Of a stretch of DNA of 64,000 nt, positions 1-12,649 are shown piece after piece (position 1 is the stretch's first letter; the number at the start of each line of letters is the position of its first letter). The notes beneath the pieces are model-generated. The model did no database searches and was not told where the DNA came from. It saw nothing but the letters and a program-made list of their open reading frames with translations. Source of the DNA: Pseudidiomarina sp. (GTDB lineage: Bacteria; Pseudomonadota; Gammaproteobacteria; Enterobacterales; Alteromonadaceae); the NCBI GenBank assembly GCA_048267225.1, contig JBLWXY010000001.1, forward strand, positions 58,429 through 122,428, read 5' to 3'. The position numbers and the translations under genes were made by a program.

Positions 1-1573
1 CATCTTCATCCAGGCCGTGTTGTAAACCAAAATTACGAGCATCATGCTCACCAAGTTCAGAATGGTCGCCACCGCGGCCTTTAGCGATATCATGAAAAAT
101 ACCGGCTAAGTAGAGTAATTCGGGCTTCTCCATGCTCGCCACGATCTTCGCGCACAGCGGAAACTCTTCTTCGGCCTCTGGGCTGTTATAGCGATATAAA
201 TTTCGCACTAAGCGATAGGTATGCTCATCGACCGTGTAGGCATGAAAGAGGTCAAATTGCATCTGGCCAACAATTTGCGCCCATTGCGGTAAGTAATGCG
301 CCAATAGTTTGTGCTTGTGCATGAGCTTGAATGCAAGGCCACAGCCACGCGGGTGACGCATCAGTTGCATAAACCGCTCACGGCACTCGGGGAGGTCGCT
401 TAACGGGTGCGTTAATTCGCGTCGCGCGTTGCGCAACAAGCGAATCGTGTGCGCGCGGACGTAGCGGATCTCCGGGTGCTCGGCGATGGCGAGAAAGAAA
501 TCGATGAGAGCCTGGGGCTGTTGAAAGACGTCATCATGTTGCGCGGCAATACTTTCACCCAGGACTTTAAACTGGTCACTGATAGCGTAACGCTGTAAAT
601 CTTTGGCATCGCTGAGTATGGTTTGCGCAAAAAATTGCAGCAGCATATCGTTGAGCTCACTTACGCCAACCGTGGCATTGAAAAAGTCTTTCATCATGGC
701 TTCAACGGCTGCTTTTCCGGTCTCGCGATAACCAAGTCGAGCCGCAACCGCCGGTTGATAATCAAAAAGCAGGCGGTCTTCTTTCTTATCGGCCTCGAGG
801 TGTAGGGCAAAGCGTATGCGCCACAAAAACTCTTGTGATTCGCGCAGCTCAAGCAATTCGGCGGCGCTAATGAAATTGTATTGCACTAAACTTTCGTCAC
901 TTTGCGTGTGAAAGTGGCGCTTCGCAATCCAGCCGATGGTTTGAATATCGCGCAAGCCGCCGGGACTACTTTTTATATTGGGCTCAAGGTTGTAAGCCGT
1001 ACCGTGATAGTGTTGATGGCGTTGATTTTGTTCGTCGAGTTTGGCGTGGTAAAACTGATCGCTACTCCACGGCAACGCGGTGTGCAAAAACTGGCGCAAG
1101 GCCTGCTCTTGGTCAGCATCGCCGACAATGAAGCGCTGCTCAAGGAGACTGGTCGCTACACTGGCATCGGCTTTGGCTTCGCGTGCGCAATCATCGATGG
1201 TTCGCACACTATGGCCGACGTCGAGGCGTAGATCCCATAACAGTTGAATATAGTGGCGAATGCGTTCTTCTGTGGTTGCATTCAACTCGCCGTTAAAGAG
1301 AAAAAGTAAATCGATGTCGGAGTGGGGATGCAGTGTGCCGCGCCCATAACCGCCAACCGCAATCAGTGCGAGGCCGTGATGAGGTAGCTCAAGTTGTTGC
1401 CATAAACGACGGAGCAGCTCATCGATAAACGCCGCTCGATCGGTAAGCAAGCTCTCGATATCGGCAGTAACAAAGGCTTCTGCCGACCAGTCTTGATAGC
1501 GGGCGAGACATTCACGCCCAGCCGCTACGGTAATAGGGCTGGGCCAAGCAATGTCCGCAACCGAAGTGGTCAT
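1..1573 (-). CDS. glnD: [protein-PII] uridylyltransferase/uridylyl-removing enzyme GlnD, N-terminal ~524 codons; the 3' part lies beyond the left edge
   Basis: Absent from the ORF track because no stop falls in the window. Own translation from ATG 1573-1571: MTTSVADIAWPSPITVAAGRECLA... Nucleotidyltransferase motif IAVGGYGRGTLHPHSDIDLLFLF (about 1363-1295) and HD-domain motif GIFHDIAKGRGGDHSELG (about 106-50) are in the same frame. The start overlaps the map stop (TAATG). map-glnD order as in E. coli. Confidence 0.92.
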   Translation of the reverse strand, partial: MTTSVADIAWPSPITVAAGRECLARYQDWSAEAFVTADIESLLTDRAAFIDELLRRLWQQLELPHHGLALIAVGGYGRGTLHPHSDIDLLFLFNGELNATTEERIRHYIQLLWDLRLDVGHSVRTIDDCAREAKADASVATSLLEQRFIVGDADQEQALRQFLHTALPWSSDQFYHAKLDEQNQRHQHYHGTAYNLEPNIKSSPGGLRDIQTIGWIAKRHFHTQSDESLVQYNFISAAELLELRESQEFLWRIRFALHLEADKKEDRLLFDYQPAVAARLGYRETGKAAVEAMMKDFFNATVGVSELNDMLLQFFAQTILSDAKDLQRYAISDQFKVLGESIAAQHDDVFQQPQALIDFFLAIAEHPEIRYVRAHTIRLLRNARRELTHPLSDLPECRERFMQLMRHPRGCGLAFKLMHKHKLLAHYLPQWAQIVGQMQFDLFHAYTVDEHTYRLVRNLYRYNSPEAEEEFPLCAKIVASMEKPELLYLAGIFHDIAKGRGGDHSELGEHDARNFGLQHGLDED

Positions 1574-2367
1574 TAAGAGGCGTCAGCGTGTTCAATCACA
1601 CGCGGGAGATCTTCGTCACTACGCAAGGTCAGAACCTCAACACCGGTTTCGGTGACCAGCAAGGTATGTTCCCATTGCGCGCTTAAACTCCGGTCCTTGG
1701 TTAATACCGTCCAGCCGTCGCGTAGCAGTTTTGTGTGGCGTTTGCCGGCATTGACCATAGGTTCGATGGTGAAGCACATACCTGCTTCAAGCACGTCGCC
1801 CGTACCCGGGGTACCATAATGTAAGATTTGCGGCTCTTCGTGAAACACTGCACCGATGCCATGGCCACAATATTCACGCACAATCGAATAGCCGTGTTGT
1901 TCGGCGTGTTTTTGAATCACCGCGGCAAAGTCACCGGTACGCAGGCCTGGGCGCACCATCTTGATGGCTTTATAGAGTGACTCTTGGGTCACGCGAATTA
2001 AGCGCTCAGCAAGAATACTTGGCTCGCCGACCACGAACATTTTCGAGGTATCACCATGGTAGCCATCCAGTTTCACGGTGACATCAAGGTTGAGGATGTC
2101 ACCATCTTTAAGCGGCTTTTCATTTGGAATGCCGTGGCAAACCACATGGTTGAGCGAGGTGCAGACTGACTTTGGAAAGCCATGATAGTTAAGCGGCGCA
2201 GGATACGCATTGTGCGCAATGATGTAATCGTGGCAGATTTTGTCAATTTCTTCCGTGGTTACACCGGCTTTTATATGGGGCTCAATCATTTCCAGCACAC
2301 TGGCAGCAAGTTTACCTGCCGCGCGCATCTTTTCGATTTCATCAGGCGTTTTAATGCTGATACTCAT
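1573..2367 (-). CDS. map: methionine aminopeptidase, type I
   Basis: 264-aa ORF collinear with E. coli Map (MSISIKTPDEIEKMR..., CHGIP, GYHGDTS, GHGIG, FTIEPM metal-site blocks). Divergent from rpsB as in enterics. Confidence 0.96.
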   Translation of the reverse strand: MSISIKTPDEIEKMRAAGKLAASVLEMIEPHIKAGVTTEEIDKICHDYIIAHNAYPAPLNYHGFPKSVCTSLNHVVCHGIPNEKPLKDGDILNLDVTVKLDGYHGDTSKMFVVGEPSILAERLIRVTQESLYKAIKMVRPGLRTGDFAAVIQKHAEQHGYSIVREYCGHGIGAVFHEEPQILHYGTPGTGDVLEAGMCFTIEPMVNAGKRHTKLLRDGWTVLTKDRSLSAQWEHTLLVTETGVEVLTLRSDEDLPRVIEHADAS

Positions 2368-2483
2368 GCCACGTCCTATCTACTTTGGTTTTAATTCTGG
2401 GAACCCAAGGTTCGTCATCTTTGAATGGCGCAAAGGATAGCATTTAGGGGCGCTGCGGGGAAGTCAAAAACGCTAGCAAAAAC

Positions 2484-2513
2484 TTGCGTAGGCGGGGCTT
2501 TTCGTGGTATAAA
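2484..2513 (+). promoter_or_regulatory. candidate sigma70 promoter for rpsB-tsf
   Basis: TTGCGT (2484-2489), 18-nt spacer, TATAAA (2508-2513) preceded by TGG (extended -10-like). By-eye match only. Confidence 0.35.
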
Positions 2514-2581
2514 GCGCCCGCAATTTCGATTGCACAAAATTGTATTTAACTAAACCACACACATACATCGACACATAGGTC

Positions 2582-2640
2582 GGGGTGCCTGAGGCGTTAA
2601 GCGGACGGTCGAACTATGGGATGTATGGAGGCATAACCCC
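2582..2640 (+). promoter_or_regulatory. candidate structured rpsB 5' leader (S2 autoregulatory leader position)
   Basis: GGGGTGCCT (2582-2590) can pair with AGGCA-taa-CCCC (2629-2640), enclosing about 38 nt just upstream of the SD AAAGGAAAGAG. E. coli has a structured S2-responsive leader (t44/tff region) in the same map-rpsB gap. Confidence 0.4.
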
Positions 2641-2659
2641 TTAAAAAGGAAAGAGAATC

Positions 2660-3394
2660 ATGGCAAACGTATCAATGCGTGATATGCTGAAAGCTGGTGT
2701 GCACTTCGGCCACCAAACCCGCTTCTGGAACCCGAAAATGAAGCCTTTTATTTTCGGCGCTCGTAACAAAATCCACATCATCAACTTGGAACAGACCGTG
2801 CCAATGTTCAACGATGCGTTGAACTACTTGCAGCACGTTGCTTCAAACAAAGGTAAAATCTTGTTTGTTGGTACCAAGCGTGCCGCTGCAGAATCAGTTA
2901 AAGAAGCTGCAGTAAACTGTAACCAATTTTATGTAAACCATCGTTGGTTGGGTGGTATGTTGACCAACTGGAAAACCGTTCGTCAGTCAATCAAGCGTTT
3001 GAAAGAGCTTGAGACCATGAGCCAAGACGGTACTTTCGAAAAGTTGACCAAGAAAGAAGCGTTGGTGAACACTCGCGAAATGGAAAAGCTTGAGAAAAGC
3101 TTAGGTGGTATCAAGGATATGGCTGGCTTGCCAGACGTATTGTTTGTGATCGACGCCGATCATGAGCACATCGCTATTAAAGAAGCGAATAACCTTGGCA
3201 TCCCTGTTATTTCAGTTGTTGATACTAACTCAAACCCAGATGGCGTTGACTATGTTATCCCTGGTAACGATGACGCTATCCGTGCGGTACAGTTGTATTT
3301 GAATGCCGCTGCAGCAGCAGTAAACGACGCTCGTGGTGCAGTACCTGCAGAAGGTAAAGCAGACGACTTCGTTGCCGCAGACGAAACTGAATAA
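2660..3394 (+). CDS. rpsB: 30S ribosomal protein S2
   Basis: 244-aa ORF. The N-terminus [27 protein letters not shown] is near-identical to enterobacterial S2. SD upstream. Confidence 0.98.
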   Translation: MANVSMRDMLKAGVHFGHQTRFWNPKMKPFIFGARNKIHIINLEQTVPMFNDALNYLQHVASNKGKILFVGTKRAAAESVKEAAVNCNQFYVNHRWLGGMLTNWKTVRQSIKRLKELETMSQDGTFEKLTKKEALVNTREMEKLEKSLGGIKDMAGLPDVLFVIDADHEHIAIKEANNLGIPVISVVDTNSNPDGVDYVIPGNDDAIRAVQLYLNAAAAAVNDARGAVPAEGKADDFVAADETE

Positions 3395-3420
3395 GCTACT
3401 CAATTAGAGGATACTGACAC

Positions 3421-4299
3421 ATGGCTATTACAGCAGCTCTGGTTAAAGAACTGCGCGAGCGCACAGGCGCTGGCATGATGGATTGCAAAAAAGCTTTGCA
3501 AGAAACCAATGGTGATATCGAAGCAGCAATCGAGAACATGCGTAAGAGCGGTCAAGCGAAAGCAGCTAAGAAAGCTGGTCGTGTAGCTGCCGAAGGCGTG
3601 ATCTTAACGAAGACTGAAGGTAACGTAGGTACTTTGGTTGAGTTGAACTGCGAAACTGACTTCGTTGCCCGTGACGAGAACTTCTTGTCGTTCGGCGGCA
3701 AAGTTATCGACGCGGCGTTCGCCAACAAAGAAACTGACGTTGAAAAGCTGAAAGCTACAGCTATCGACGGCGGTACTGTTGAAGAAGTACGCGAAACTTT
3801 GGTTGCGAAAATCGGCGAAAACATGAACGTGCGCCGCGTTATCACTATTGAAGGTGGTGACTTGGTTGAAGCTTACGTTCACGGTGGCCGTATTGGCGTA
3901 CTCGTTGCGATCACTGGTGGTGACGAAGAGTTGGCGAAAGACTTGGCAATGCACGTTGCAGCAAGCGCGCCACAATTTGTGAAGCCAGAAGATGTTGACG
4001 CTGAAGTTGTTGACCGTGAGCGTCAAATTCAGCTTGATATCGCTATGCAAAGTGGCAAGCCACAAGAAATCGCAGAGAAAATGGTTGAAGGTCGTATGCG
4101 TAAATTCACTGGCGAGATCAGCTTAACTGGTCAAGCGTTCGTGAAAGACCCTTCAATGACTGTTGGTGATTTGCTGAAGCAGAAGAATGCTGATGTACTG
4201 ACTTTCGTACGTTTCGAAGTTGGTGAAGGTATCGAAAAGAAATCTGAAGATTTCGCTGCTGAAGTTCAAGCACAAATGGCTGCTGCGAAAAAGGCTTAA
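3421..4299 (+). CDS. tsf: translation elongation factor Ts
   Basis: 292-aa [30 protein letters not shown]-terminal UBA-like domain. 26 nt downstream of rpsB. Confidence 0.98.
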   Translation: MAITAALVKELRERTGAGMMDCKKALQETNGDIEAAIENMRKSGQAKAAKKAGRVAAEGVILTKTEGNVGTLVELNCETDFVARDENFLSFGGKVIDAAFANKETDVEKLKATAIDGGTVEEVRETLVAKIGENMNVRRVITIEGGDLVEAYVHGGRIGVLVAITGGDEELAKDLAMHVAASAPQFVKPEDVDAEVVDRERQIQLDIAMQSGKPQEIAEKMVEGRMRKFTGEISLTGQAFVKDPSMTVGDLLKQKNADVLTFVRFEVGEGIEKKSEDFAAEVQAQMAAAKKA

Positions 4300-4339
4300 T
4301 GCCAATGTCGCGAACGACGACGTACAGTCAGAACTAAGA

Positions 4340-4375
4340 AACCGCATCCCACTCGGTTGGGATGCGGTTTTTTTT
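4340..4375 (+). terminator. rho-independent terminator after tsf
   Basis: Perfect 12-bp stem AACCGCATCCCA / TGGGATGCGGTT with a 6-nt loop, running into a T8 tract. Confidence 0.85.
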
Positions 4376-4444
4376 CGCGTAAAGTGAAACAACTTAATTT
4401 TTACCATTCATGCTGCACATCATGCTAGAAAAGGAGCACCCACA

Positions 4445-5191
4445 ATGACCGCAATGACCAAGCCAGCCTATCGGCGCATTTTATTAAAACTCAGTGGCGA
4501 AGCATTAATGGGCGATGAACCCTTTGGTATTGATGCCAAAGTACTTGATCGTATGGCACATGAAATTAAAGAACTGGTCGAGTTGGGTGTGCAAGTAGGT
4601 CTGGTGATCGGCGGTGGTAATCTGTTTCGCGGTGAAGGCCTAGCCAAAGCGGGTATGAACCGTGTGGTCGGCGACCATATGGGCATGCTAGCGACGGTAA
4701 TGAATGGCTTAGCGATGCGTGATGCGTTGCACCGTGCATTCGTCAATGCTCGCCTGATGTCTGCCATTGAACTCAATGGTGTTTGTGACAGTTACAATTG
4801 GGCTGATGCCATTAGCCTGCTAAAATCGGGCCGTGTGGTTATCTTCTGTGCGGGTACTGGTAACCCGTTTTTTACCACGGATTCAGCAGCTTGTTTGCGC
4901 GGTATCGAGATTGAGGCAGAGCTCGTGCTCAAAGGGACCAAAGTCGATGGTGTGTACTCGGCCGATCCGAACCAGGATCCAAATGCACAACTCTATTCGC
5001 AAATAAGTTATAATGACGTTCTGCAACAGCAACTCAAAGTGATGGATTTAGCGGCCTTTACGCTGGCGCGCGATCATAAATTACCGATTCGTGTGTTTAA
5101 CATGAATAAGCCAGGCGCATTGCGCTCGGTTATTATGGGGACCGAAGAGGGTACCTTGATTGCCAGCGAAGAAATGCTAGAAAAGCTTTAA
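4445..5191 (+). CDS. pyrH: UMP kinase
   Basis: 248-aa [18 protein letters not shown] and GGGNLFRG motifs. AAGGAG 8 nt upstream of ATG 4445 (ATG 4454 is an alternative). Confidence 0.96.
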   Translation: MTAMTKPAYRRILLKLSGEALMGDEPFGIDAKVLDRMAHEIKELVELGVQVGLVIGGGNLFRGEGLAKAGMNRVVGDHMGMLATVMNGLAMRDALHRAFVNARLMSAIELNGVCDSYNWADAISLLKSGRVVIFCAGTGNPFFTTDSAACLRGIEIEAELVLKGTKVDGVYSADPNQDPNAQLYSQISYNDVLQQQLKVMDLAAFTLARDHKLPIRVFNMNKPGALRSVIMGTEEGTLIASEEMLEKL

Positions 5192-5218
5192 TTAAAGAAT
5201 TCAATAAGGGATAGCAAC

Positions 5219-5776
5219 GTGATTAACGAAATCAAACAAGATGCAAAGCAACGTATGGAAAAGTCAGTCGAAGCGTTGCGCTCACAAATTTCAAAAGTAC
5301 GCACGGGTCGAGCTCACCCAAGTTTGCTTGACGGTGTCATGGTGAACTACTACGGCGTGGACACGCCGTTGAAGCAGCTTGCCAACATCACTACCGAAGA
5401 TTCACGTACCTTGGCGCTCACGGTGTTTGATAAGTCGGCCAGTCAAGCGGTCGAGAAAGCCATCATGACCTCTGACTTGGGCTTAAACCCAGCAGCAGCG
5501 GGTACCGTGATTCGTATTCCTTTGCCACCGTTGACCGAAGAACGCCGTCGTGATTTGGTCAAAGTTGTGCGTGCTGAAGCCGAACAAGGGCGTGTTGCCG
5601 TGCGGAATATTCGCCGTGATGCCAATAGTGACTTGAAAGAGCTGTTGAAAGAAAAAGAAATCACCGAAGACGACGAGCGTCGTGCGGCTGACGAAATCCA
5701 AAAGCTTACGGATACTTATGTCGCTAAAATCGACGAAGCCTTAGCTCAAAAAGAAAGAGACTTGATGGAAGTTTAA
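5219..5776 (+). CDS. frr: ribosome recycling factor
   Basis: 185-aa ORF with GTG start, collinear with E. coli Frr ([20 protein letters not shown]...). Confidence 0.96.
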   Translation: MINEIKQDAKQRMEKSVEALRSQISKVRTGRAHPSLLDGVMVNYYGVDTPLKQLANITTEDSRTLALTVFDKSASQAVEKAIMTSDLGLNPAAAGTVIRIPLPPLTEERRRDLVKVVRAEAEQGRVAVRNIRRDANSDLKELLKEKEITEDDERRAADEIQKLTDTYVAKIDEALAQKERDLMEV

Positions 5777-5805
5777 GCGGTCTCGCTTGATGTCATTGGT
5801 TCAAA

Positions 5806-5839
5806 GCGCCGTGTTCGGTTACACTCGCACGGCGTTTTT
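5806..5839 (+). terminator. candidate terminator/attenuator after frr
   Basis: GCGCCGTG (5806-5813) pairs with CACGGCG (5828-5834) over a 14-nt loop, followed by TTTTT (5835-5839). The large loop makes it weaker than the other terminators. Confidence 0.5.
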
Positions 5840-5857
5840 CATTTTACGGCAGCGTTC

Positions 5858-6631
5858 ATGGATAGTATTTCAGTTGAACAAATAAAATTACCCAAGCATG
5901 TCGCCATTATTATGGACGGTAACGGGCGTTGGGCACAGCTTCGTGGTAAGCATCGTACCTTTGGTCATAAAGCCGGTGCTGAAGCGGTTCGTCGCGCCGT
6001 GGCATTTGCGCGTAAAAAGGGTATTCAATCACTGACGTTGTTTGCTTTCAGTAGTGAAAACTGGAAGCGTCCAGCGGAAGAAGTTTCTGTGTTGATGGAA
6101 CTCTTTTTTACGGTGTTAAAACGCGAAGTAAAAAAGCTCCACAAACATAATGTGAAGCTGAATATCATCGGCGATACCCAAGGTTTTTCCGAGAAGCTGC
6201 AACAACGCATCAAAGATGCGGAAGCGCTGACTGCAGAGAACACTTCATTGACGCTCAACATTGCCGCGAATTATGGCGGCCGCTGGGACATTACTCAGGC
6301 GGCGCGAGAGTTGGCGAGAAACGTACAAGAAGGTAAGCTAAACCTTAGCGATATTAGTGAAGAGCAATTGGCGGGGCAGCTTACCTTAGCTGACCAGCCA
6401 ATTCCTGACTTGTTGATTCGTACGGGCGGTGAACATCGCATTAGTAATTTTTTGCTGTGGCAATTGGCCTACGCTGAATTTTACTTTGCCGATGTACTTT
6501 GGCCAGATTTTGATGATCAGGCTTTTGCCCAAGCCATTGCTGACTTTAGCTGTCGCGAACGACGCTTTGGGCTTACCAGTGCGCAAGTTCAGCAAGCGAT
6601 TTTAGATACTGACGTAACCTCTGGGGAGTAA
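5858..6631 (+). CDS. uppS: ditrans,polycis-undecaprenyl-diphosphate synthase
   Basis: 257-aa [16 protein letters not shown] and [23 protein letters not shown] motifs. Confidence 0.96.
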   Translation: MDSISVEQIKLPKHVAIIMDGNGRWAQLRGKHRTFGHKAGAEAVRRAVAFARKKGIQSLTLFAFSSENWKRPAEEVSVLMELFFTVLKREVKKLHKHNVKLNIIGDTQGFSEKLQQRIKDAEALTAENTSLTLNIAANYGGRWDITQAARELARNVQEGKLNLSDISEEQLAGQLTLADQPIPDLLIRTGGEHRISNFLLWQLAYAEFYFADVLWPDFDDQAFAQAIADFSCRERRFGLTSAQVQQAILDTDVTSGE

Positions 6632-6632
6632 C

Positions 6633-7496
6633 GTGTTAAAACAACGTCTAATAACAGCACTTATTTTACTGCCCCTTGCGCTCTATTGTGTATTTGGTTT
6701 GGCACTTGAATGGTTTGCCGCCGTTATCACGGTGGTGATGCTTGGTGCAGCCTGGGAATGGTCACCCATCATGGGACTGCGGCGGCCAATTAGCCGCGCG
6801 CTTTATACGCTGTCGGTTGCGGTGCTACTCGTAGCGTTGCAATGGTATATCCCGGTGAGTGACATTTGGCATGAGAAGGAATTAAACCCCGTTTATTTTT
6901 GGCTGTTGGTGGCCGGTTCAATTTGGTGGGCCGTGGCAACGTTATTGGTGCTGAATTACCCCAGTAGTCGCCGCTTATGGTCACGCACACGATCCATTGT
7001 TGGGGTGTTTGGCTATCTCACCTTGGTGCCTGCTGCGGCCGGAATGTTTGCCGTACGCTCGCTCAACTATGCAAGCGAGCCGTTATTCGGTGGTTTCGTT
7101 TTACTCTTTATTTTGCTGCTGGTTTGGGCCGCTGACGTCGGCGCTTATTTTGCTGGTGTCCGTTACGGACGCAACAAACTAATGCCAGCGGTGAGTCCAG
7201 GTAAAACTATGGAAGGCCTGCTCGGCGGTGTGGCACTTGCGTTTGTGGTCATGATGGTGGTCGCACAGTGGGTACAAATACCTGCTGAACAGTACAGTGG
7301 CTTTTATTTCACCGGTTTGCTTACGGTGGTGGTGTCGGTTTTCGGTGACTTGACCGAGAGCATGTTCAAACGTTGTGCCGGGGTCAAAGACAGCGGTGCG
7401 CTGCTACCTGGCCATGGCGGCTTACTCGATCGTATTGATAGCCTTACGGCTGCCTTGCCGGTATTTACCTTGGCTTACGTGTGGTTACTTCTATGA
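6633..7496 (+). CDS. cdsA: phosphatidate cytidylyltransferase
   Basis: 287-aa polytopic membrane ORF with GTG start after GGGGAG. CTP-transferase signature [28 protein letters not shown]. Confidence 0.95.
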   Translation: MLKQRLITALILLPLALYCVFGLALEWFAAVITVVMLGAAWEWSPIMGLRRPISRALYTLSVAVLLVALQWYIPVSDIWHEKELNPVYFWLLVAGSIWWAVATLLVLNYPSSRRLWSRTRSIVGVFGYLTLVPAAAGMFAVRSLNYASEPLFGGFVLLFILLLVWAADVGAYFAGVRYGRNKLMPAVSPGKTMEGLLGGVALAFVVMMVVAQWVQIPAEQYSGFYFTGLLTVVVSVFGDLTESMFKRCAGVKDSGALLPGHGGLLDRIDSLTAALPVFTLAYVWLLL

Positions 7497-8713
7497 CGCA
7501 GCATCGTCTTTGTATTCTCGGTGCCACGGGTTCAATAGGGTTAAATACGCTGGCAGTGGTGCGCGAGCATCCGCAACAGTTTCACGTTGACGTGCTGACA
7601 GCCCATGGGAATGTCGCGCAAATGGTTAGCTTGTGCGCGGAATTTCGTCCGCGGCAAGTGGTGATGGTCGATGGTGAAGCCGCCGCAGCGCTGCAGATTG
7701 CTTTACAAGAATCCAAGGCAACCGCTGCTATTGAAGTTTGTGCTGGTGCCGAGGCGCTGGTTGCCGCAGCGGCTGCTGCCGAAAGCGATACCGTTATGGC
7801 GGCAATTGTCGGTGGGGCTGGTTTGGCGCCAACATTAGCGGCCGTCAATGCGGGTAAACGGGTGTTACTGGCAAATAAAGAGGCCTTGGTGATGTCCGGG
7901 CAGCTTTTTATGGATGCCGCACAAGCCAGTGGTGCACAAATTCTTCCCGTCGATAGTGAGCACAATGCCATTTTTCAATGCCTGCCGCGCGAGGCGCAAC
8001 AGTTGGGTCGTTGTGACTTGGCTGCCGCGGGTATCGAGAAAATCATCCTTACCGGCTCGGGCGGGCCGTTTCGTGAGCTGCCGTTAGCAGCGCTAGCACA
8101 GCAGTCACCGGCGGCTGCTTGCGCACATCCAAATTGGGATATGGGGCAAAAGATTTCTGTCGACTCGGCCACTATGATGAACAAAGGGCTTGAGTACATT
8201 GAAGCCCGTTGGTTGTTCAATTGTACGGCGGACCAGTTAGATGTGGTGTTACACCCACAAAGTGTCATTCACTCAATGGTCAGTTATGCCGATGGCTCGG
8301 TGTTGGCACAAATGGGGCGCCCCGATATGCGTACGCCAATCGCCCATTGCTTGAGTTTTCCTGAGCGCATTAGCAGTGGTGTTGAACCGCTTGATTTTAT
8401 GGCGCTACAAAATTTGACCTTCGCCCAAGCAGACCCCGATCGTTACCCATGCCTCGCTCTTGCTATTAAAGCCTGCTGGCAAGGCCAGTGGGCGACAACG
8501 GCATTGAACGCGGCGAATGAAGTTGCGGTGCAAAGCTTTCTTGCCGAGACCATCAAATTTACGGAAATCGCTGAGGTGTGCGCGGCCGTGGTGAAACAGC
8601 TTGAAACAACTGACGAGTGTCAGAATGTGAACTCTATCGAGGCGATTTTGTCTGTGGATAGGTTAGCGCGTGAAGCTGCAGAAAAAGTGATAGAGAAGAG
8701 TTATTCATGCTAG
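7493..8713 (+). CDS. dxr: 1-deoxy-D-xylulose 5-phosphate reductoisomerase
   Basis: Start set at ATG 7493 (ATGA overlap with the cdsA stop), giving [16 protein letters not shown], the NADPH-binding motif at the N-terminus. The track start at 7481 adds 4 unsupported codons. Confidence 0.95.
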   Translation: MTQHRLCILGATGSIGLNTLAVVREHPQQFHVDVLTAHGNVAQMVSLCAEFRPRQVVMVDGEAAAALQIALQESKATAAIEVCAGAEALVAAAAAAESDTVMAAIVGGAGLAPTLAAVNAGKRVLLANKEALVMSGQLFMDAAQASGAQILPVDSEHNAIFQCLPREAQQLGRCDLAAAGIEKIILTGSGGPFRELPLAALAQQSPAAACAHPNWDMGQKISVDSATMMNKGLEYIEARWLFNCTADQLDVVLHPQSVIHSMVSYADGSVLAQMGRPDMRTPIAHCLSFPERISSGVEPLDFMALQNLTFAQADPDRYPCLALAIKACWQGQWATTALNAANEVAVQSFLAETIKFTEIAEVCAAVVKQLETTDECQNVNSIEAILSVDRLAREAAEKVIEKSYSC

Positions 8714-10062
8714 AAATTCTTTGGTCGTTAGGTGCATTTGTGGTGACCTTGGGCGTCTTAGTGACGTTCCACGAGTTTGGCCATTTTTGGGTGGCGCGTA
8801 AGTGTGGCGTTAAAGTACTGACCTTCTCGGTAGGGTTTGGTAAGGCTATTTGGCAGCGCCAGGGTAAAGACGGCACTTGCTATCAGGTCAGCAGAATTCC
8901 GTTAGGTGGTTATGTGCGCATGCTCGATGAGCGTGTGGACGAGGTCGCTGAAGATGAGCGCCATTTGAGTTTTAATAGTAAGTCGGTAAGCCAGCGAGCG
9001 GCGATTGTTGTCGCCGGGCCAATAGCCAACTTTTTGCTAGCGATCGCCGTACTGTGGGGCATGTTTTTAATCGGTGTGCCCTCCGTTAAGCCAGTTGTTG
9101 GCGCGGTGACGCCGAATTCGGTTGCCGCACAAGTTGACTTGCCGACACCCAGCGAAATCCTACGTGTCAATGGCCGCCGCACGGAAGATTGGCAGCAGGT
9201 TAATTTAGGTTTTGCTGCCGCATTAGGCAATCAAACGGCAAGTATCACAGTGGTTGACGAACGCCAGCGCGAACGTACCTTCGAACTTGATATCAGCGAG
9301 TGGCGGCTTGGTGACGAACAGGTTCCCACCTTTACCGCTTTAGGCTTCCAACCTTTCCAGCCAGAAATTTATACCGAACTGGCCTATGTGCAGGAAAATT
9401 CGCCTGCTGCGCAAGCTGGGCTGCAAGTTGGCGATAAAATTTTGGCCTTAGACGGAACTCTCTACTCGGAATGGTCTCAAATACGTGACGCAATTATGGC
9501 GGCACCTGGTAAGCAGGTACTGTTAACTGTGGCGCGCAATGGGCAGGAAGTCGAATTGCCGGTGACCATGGGGCAGCGTGAATTTGAAGGGCAGGCCTAT
9601 GGTTACCTTGGGGTAGAACCTGCACGTGATGCTTATCCAGAGGCCTATCGATTCGTCCAGCAATACGGTATAGTCGACAGCCTATTAAAAGGTGCAGAAC
9701 GTACGTGGAATCTAATGGTTCTGAGCGTACAAATGATAGGTAAGCTGCTCACCGGTACAGTTTCGGTGACCAACCTCAGCGGGCCAGTGGCGATAGCCGA
9801 AGGCGCAGGGGTGTCAGCAAGCTATGGATTGGTTTACTTTTTAGGGTTTCTCGCGCTCATCAGTGTTAATCTCGGTATCATAAATCTGTTACCATTGCCC
9901 ATGCTTGATGGTGGGCACTTGCTCTTTCTCGGTATTGAAGGAGTACGCAAAAAAGCGGTTTCAGAACGGGTGCAAGAGATTAGCTACCGAATCGGTGGAG
10001 CACTGATATTTGCACTGATGGCGATCGCAATTAGCAATGATGTATTGCGGTTGTTCAAGTGA
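8707..10062 (+). CDS. rseP: RIP zinc metalloprotease RseP (site-2 protease)
   Basis: 451-aa [12 protein letters not shown] zinc motif, PDZ region, C-terminal [12 protein letters not shown] motif. 7-nt overlap with dxr. Confidence 0.95.
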   Translation: MLEILWSLGAFVVTLGVLVTFHEFGHFWVARKCGVKVLTFSVGFGKAIWQRQGKDGTCYQVSRIPLGGYVRMLDERVDEVAEDERHLSFNSKSVSQRAAIVVAGPIANFLLAIAVLWGMFLIGVPSVKPVVGAVTPNSVAAQVDLPTPSEILRVNGRRTEDWQQVNLGFAAALGNQTASITVVDERQRERTFELDISEWRLGDEQVPTFTALGFQPFQPEIYTELAYVQENSPAAQAGLQVGDKILALDGTLYSEWSQIRDAIMAAPGKQVLLTVARNGQEVELPVTMGQREFEGQAYGYLGVEPARDAYPEAYRFVQQYGIVDSLLKGAERTWNLMVLSVQMIGKLLTGTVSVTNLSGPVAIAEGAGVSASYGLVYFLGFLALISVNLGIINLLPLPMLDGGHLLFLGIEGVRKKAVSERVQEISYRIGGALIFALMAIAISNDVLRLFK

Positions 10063-10097
10063 GATTACATTTACAATAAACAAATAAGTAGCACAGA

Positions 10098-12605
10098 ATG
10101 ACGTTGAAAAAGCTATTTTTAAGTGCCCTTATGGCGGGTGCTGCATTACCAGCCTACAGCGCTGAAACAGGTGCTGATGGCGCCGAAGAATTTGTTGTAG
10201 AAGATATTCGTGTACGTGGCTTACAACGTGTTGCGCTTGGCGCCGCTTTAACGTACATCCCCATTCGGGTCGGTGATAGCATCGACGCTGAAAATATCCA
10301 AACCTCGATTCGTTCTCTTTACTCTTCGACGCACTTTAACGATATTGTGGTGCGGCGCGTGGGCGATACGCTCATTTTTGAAGTTACCGAGCGGCCGACC
10401 ATTAGTGCCATCGAATTTGATGGCAATAGTGATATTAAAGACGAGCAGCTCACCCAGAGTCTTACGGATCAGGGGATTATTGAAGGTGAACCTCTTGATT
10501 TAACAACGATTGCCAGCATTGAAACCGGCCTCGAGGACTTTTATCACTCGATTGGTAAATACAATGCGCAAGTTGAAGTCAATATTATTCGTTTGCCGCG
10601 TAACCGTGTGCGACTGGAAATTGATTTTGAAGAGGGTGACTCTGCCGAAATCCAACAGATCAATATTGTTGGCAACACGATCTTTAGTGATGACGAGTTG
10701 CTGGCCAATTTTGAACTCAAAGATAAACTGCCGTGGTGGAACTTCATTGGTGCTCGCACGTATCAAAAGCAACAGCTCAGTGGTGACTTAGAAACTTTAG
10801 AGTCTTTCTATAAAGATCGCGGCTATTTGACCTTTGCGATTGATTCGGTACAAGTCAGCATGACGCCTGATCGTTCAGGTGTGTATATCTCGATCCACAT
10901 TAATGAAGGTGAAATCTTCACCGTTAATGAAACCCGTGTCATGGGTGATCTTCGCGGCCAACGTGAAGTGGTAGAGCGGCTGACTAAGATTGAGGCTGGC
11001 ACTCAGTACAGTGCTGCACAAGTAACCTATATCGAAGAGTTAGTGGCTAAGGTTTATGGTCGCTATGGCTATGCCTATCCAGAAGTTCGCGCCATTCCAG
11101 AAATTAATCAAGAAACCAATGAAGTCGATTTGGTGTTCTCGATTAACCCAGGCAAACGCGTTTATGTGAACCGCATCAAATTCCGTGGCAACACGGTGAC
11201 TGAAGACGAAGTATTGCGTCGTGAAATGCGTCAATTTGAAGGTGCGCCACTGAATGATGAAATGGTCGAACAGGGTAAGCTACGTCTTGAGCGTCTTGGT
11301 TTCTTTGAAACCGTCGAAAGCGCAACCAATCGAGTAAACGGTCGCGATGATTTAGTGGATATTGAATACCTCGTGAAAGAGCAGCCGTCAGGCTCATTCA
11401 ACTTTATGTTGGGTTACGGCGACTATTCAAAACTACAGATCGGTGTCGGCGTGTCACAAGACAACTTCTTGGGTACGGGTAACCGAGCGGCGATCAATAT
11501 CAATACCAACCGCTTTAACCGTAGTTTAAGCTTGTCGTACATGGACCGTTACTTCACGAAAGACGGTGTGAACCTTTCAGGCCAAGTCTTTTTGAGCGAA
11601 TTCGATGCTGGGCAACAGGAAAACTTGATTCGCTATAACACCAAGCGGGTAGGTATTGGCTCGAGCATTAGCTTCCCAATCAATGAAGTCAGTAGTCTTA
11701 ATTTCGGTGCCATGGTGCGCCGCGAAGAAGTGACTAATGTGGAAGGCTACGAGCAAGTTAAACGTTTCTATCAGCCGTACATCGACGAACAAGATCCGAA
11801 CTCCGGTGTGGCGTTCGATATGATCTCGCTGGAAGCAGGTTGGAGTCGTGTCACACTCAACCGCGGTACCTTCCCAACTGCGGGTACCTTGAACCGCGTT
11901 AATGGTGAAATTACTGTGCCGGGCAGTGACGTACGCTACTTCCGTATCAATTATGACTTCAAACACTATTGGCCGCTGACCAATGACCATAGTTTTGTGT
12001 TATTGACACGGCTAAATGTGGGCTACGGTAACGGTTACGGTACCGATGATAACGGCAATGACTATATCTTCCCGTTTTATGAGAACTTCCGAATTGGCGG
12101 TAACGATGATCTGCGTGGCTTTGAGCCGAACACTATAGGTCCACGCGCAGTCTATCGCTATCCAGATTCAATTTTAGGTCCGCCAGGGTTCGGCGGTGTA
12201 CCGACGGATCTACCGGTAGGACCTGGTGCTGATACCTTGGCAGTGAGTCAATATTCAGTTGGTGGTAATGCCATGTACGCGGCTGGTTTGGAGCTGATTG
12301 TGCCCACGCCACTGATTAAGGACGAGAGTAAGAACTCCGTGCGTACAAGTATTTATATTGATGTTGGTAGTGTCTGGGACACTGAATTCCAATACGATCA
12401 ATACCGTCAATTGCAGCAAGTGGGTAACCTAGATTATCGTCTAAATGACTTTAGTTCGCCGGATCTCTACCGTGCTTCAGCGGGTATTGCCGTGCAATGG
12501 TTGTCGCCGATGGGCCCACTGACATTTGCCTTTGGTCGTCCGATCAAGGATTATGAGGGTGACAGAGCGAAAACCTTTAGTTTCAACTTTGGTACGACAT
12601 TCTAA
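10098..12605 (+). CDS. bamA: outer membrane protein assembly factor BamA
   Basis: 835-aa ORF. Signal peptide, POTRA repeats (IRVRGLQRV...), C-terminal beta-barrel ending ...FNFGTTF. rseP-bamA-skp context. Confidence 0.97.
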   Translation: MTLKKLFLSALMAGAALPAYSAETGADGAEEFVVEDIRVRGLQRVALGAALTYIPIRVGDSIDAENIQTSIRSLYSSTHFNDIVVRRVGDTLIFEVTERPTISAIEFDGNSDIKDEQLTQSLTDQGIIEGEPLDLTTIASIETGLEDFYHSIGKYNAQVEVNIIRLPRNRVRLEIDFEEGDSAEIQQINIVGNTIFSDDELLANFELKDKLPWWNFIGARTYQKQQLSGDLETLESFYKDRGYLTFAIDSVQVSMTPDRSGVYISIHINEGEIFTVNETRVMGDLRGQREVVERLTKIEAGTQYSAAQVTYIEELVAKVYGRYGYAYPEVRAIPEINQETNEVDLVFSINPGKRVYVNRIKFRGNTVTEDEVLRREMRQFEGAPLNDEMVEQGKLRLERLGFFETVESATNRVNGRDDLVDIEYLVKEQPSGSFNFMLGYGDYSKLQIGVGVSQDNFLGTGNRAAININTNRFNRSLSLSYMDRYFTKDGVNLSGQVFLSEFDAGQQENLIRYNTKRVGIGSSISFPINEVSSLNFGAMVRREEVTNVEGYEQVKRFYQPYIDEQDPNSGVAFDMISLEAGWSRVTLNRGTFPTAGTLNRVNGEITVPGSDVRYFRINYDFKHYWPLTNDHSFVLLTRLNVGYGNGYGTDDNGNDYIFPFYENFRIGGNDDLRGFEPNTIGPRAVYRYPDSILGPPGFGGVPTDLPVGPGADTLAVSQYSVGGNAMYAAGLELIVPTPLIKDESKNSVRTSIYIDVGSVWDTEFQYDQYRQLQQVGNLDYRLNDFSSPDLYRASAGIAVQWLSPMGPLTFAFGRPIKDYEGDRAKTFSFNFGTTF

Positions 12606-12649
12606 AATAAACATTCGTGCCTGAATTTTTGAATAACAGGAGTAGTTAC

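Noticed and set aside
3604-4065. 153-aa minus-strand ORF inside tsf
   Set aside because: Antisense to a highly expressed, strongly conserved gene. Low-complexity translation.
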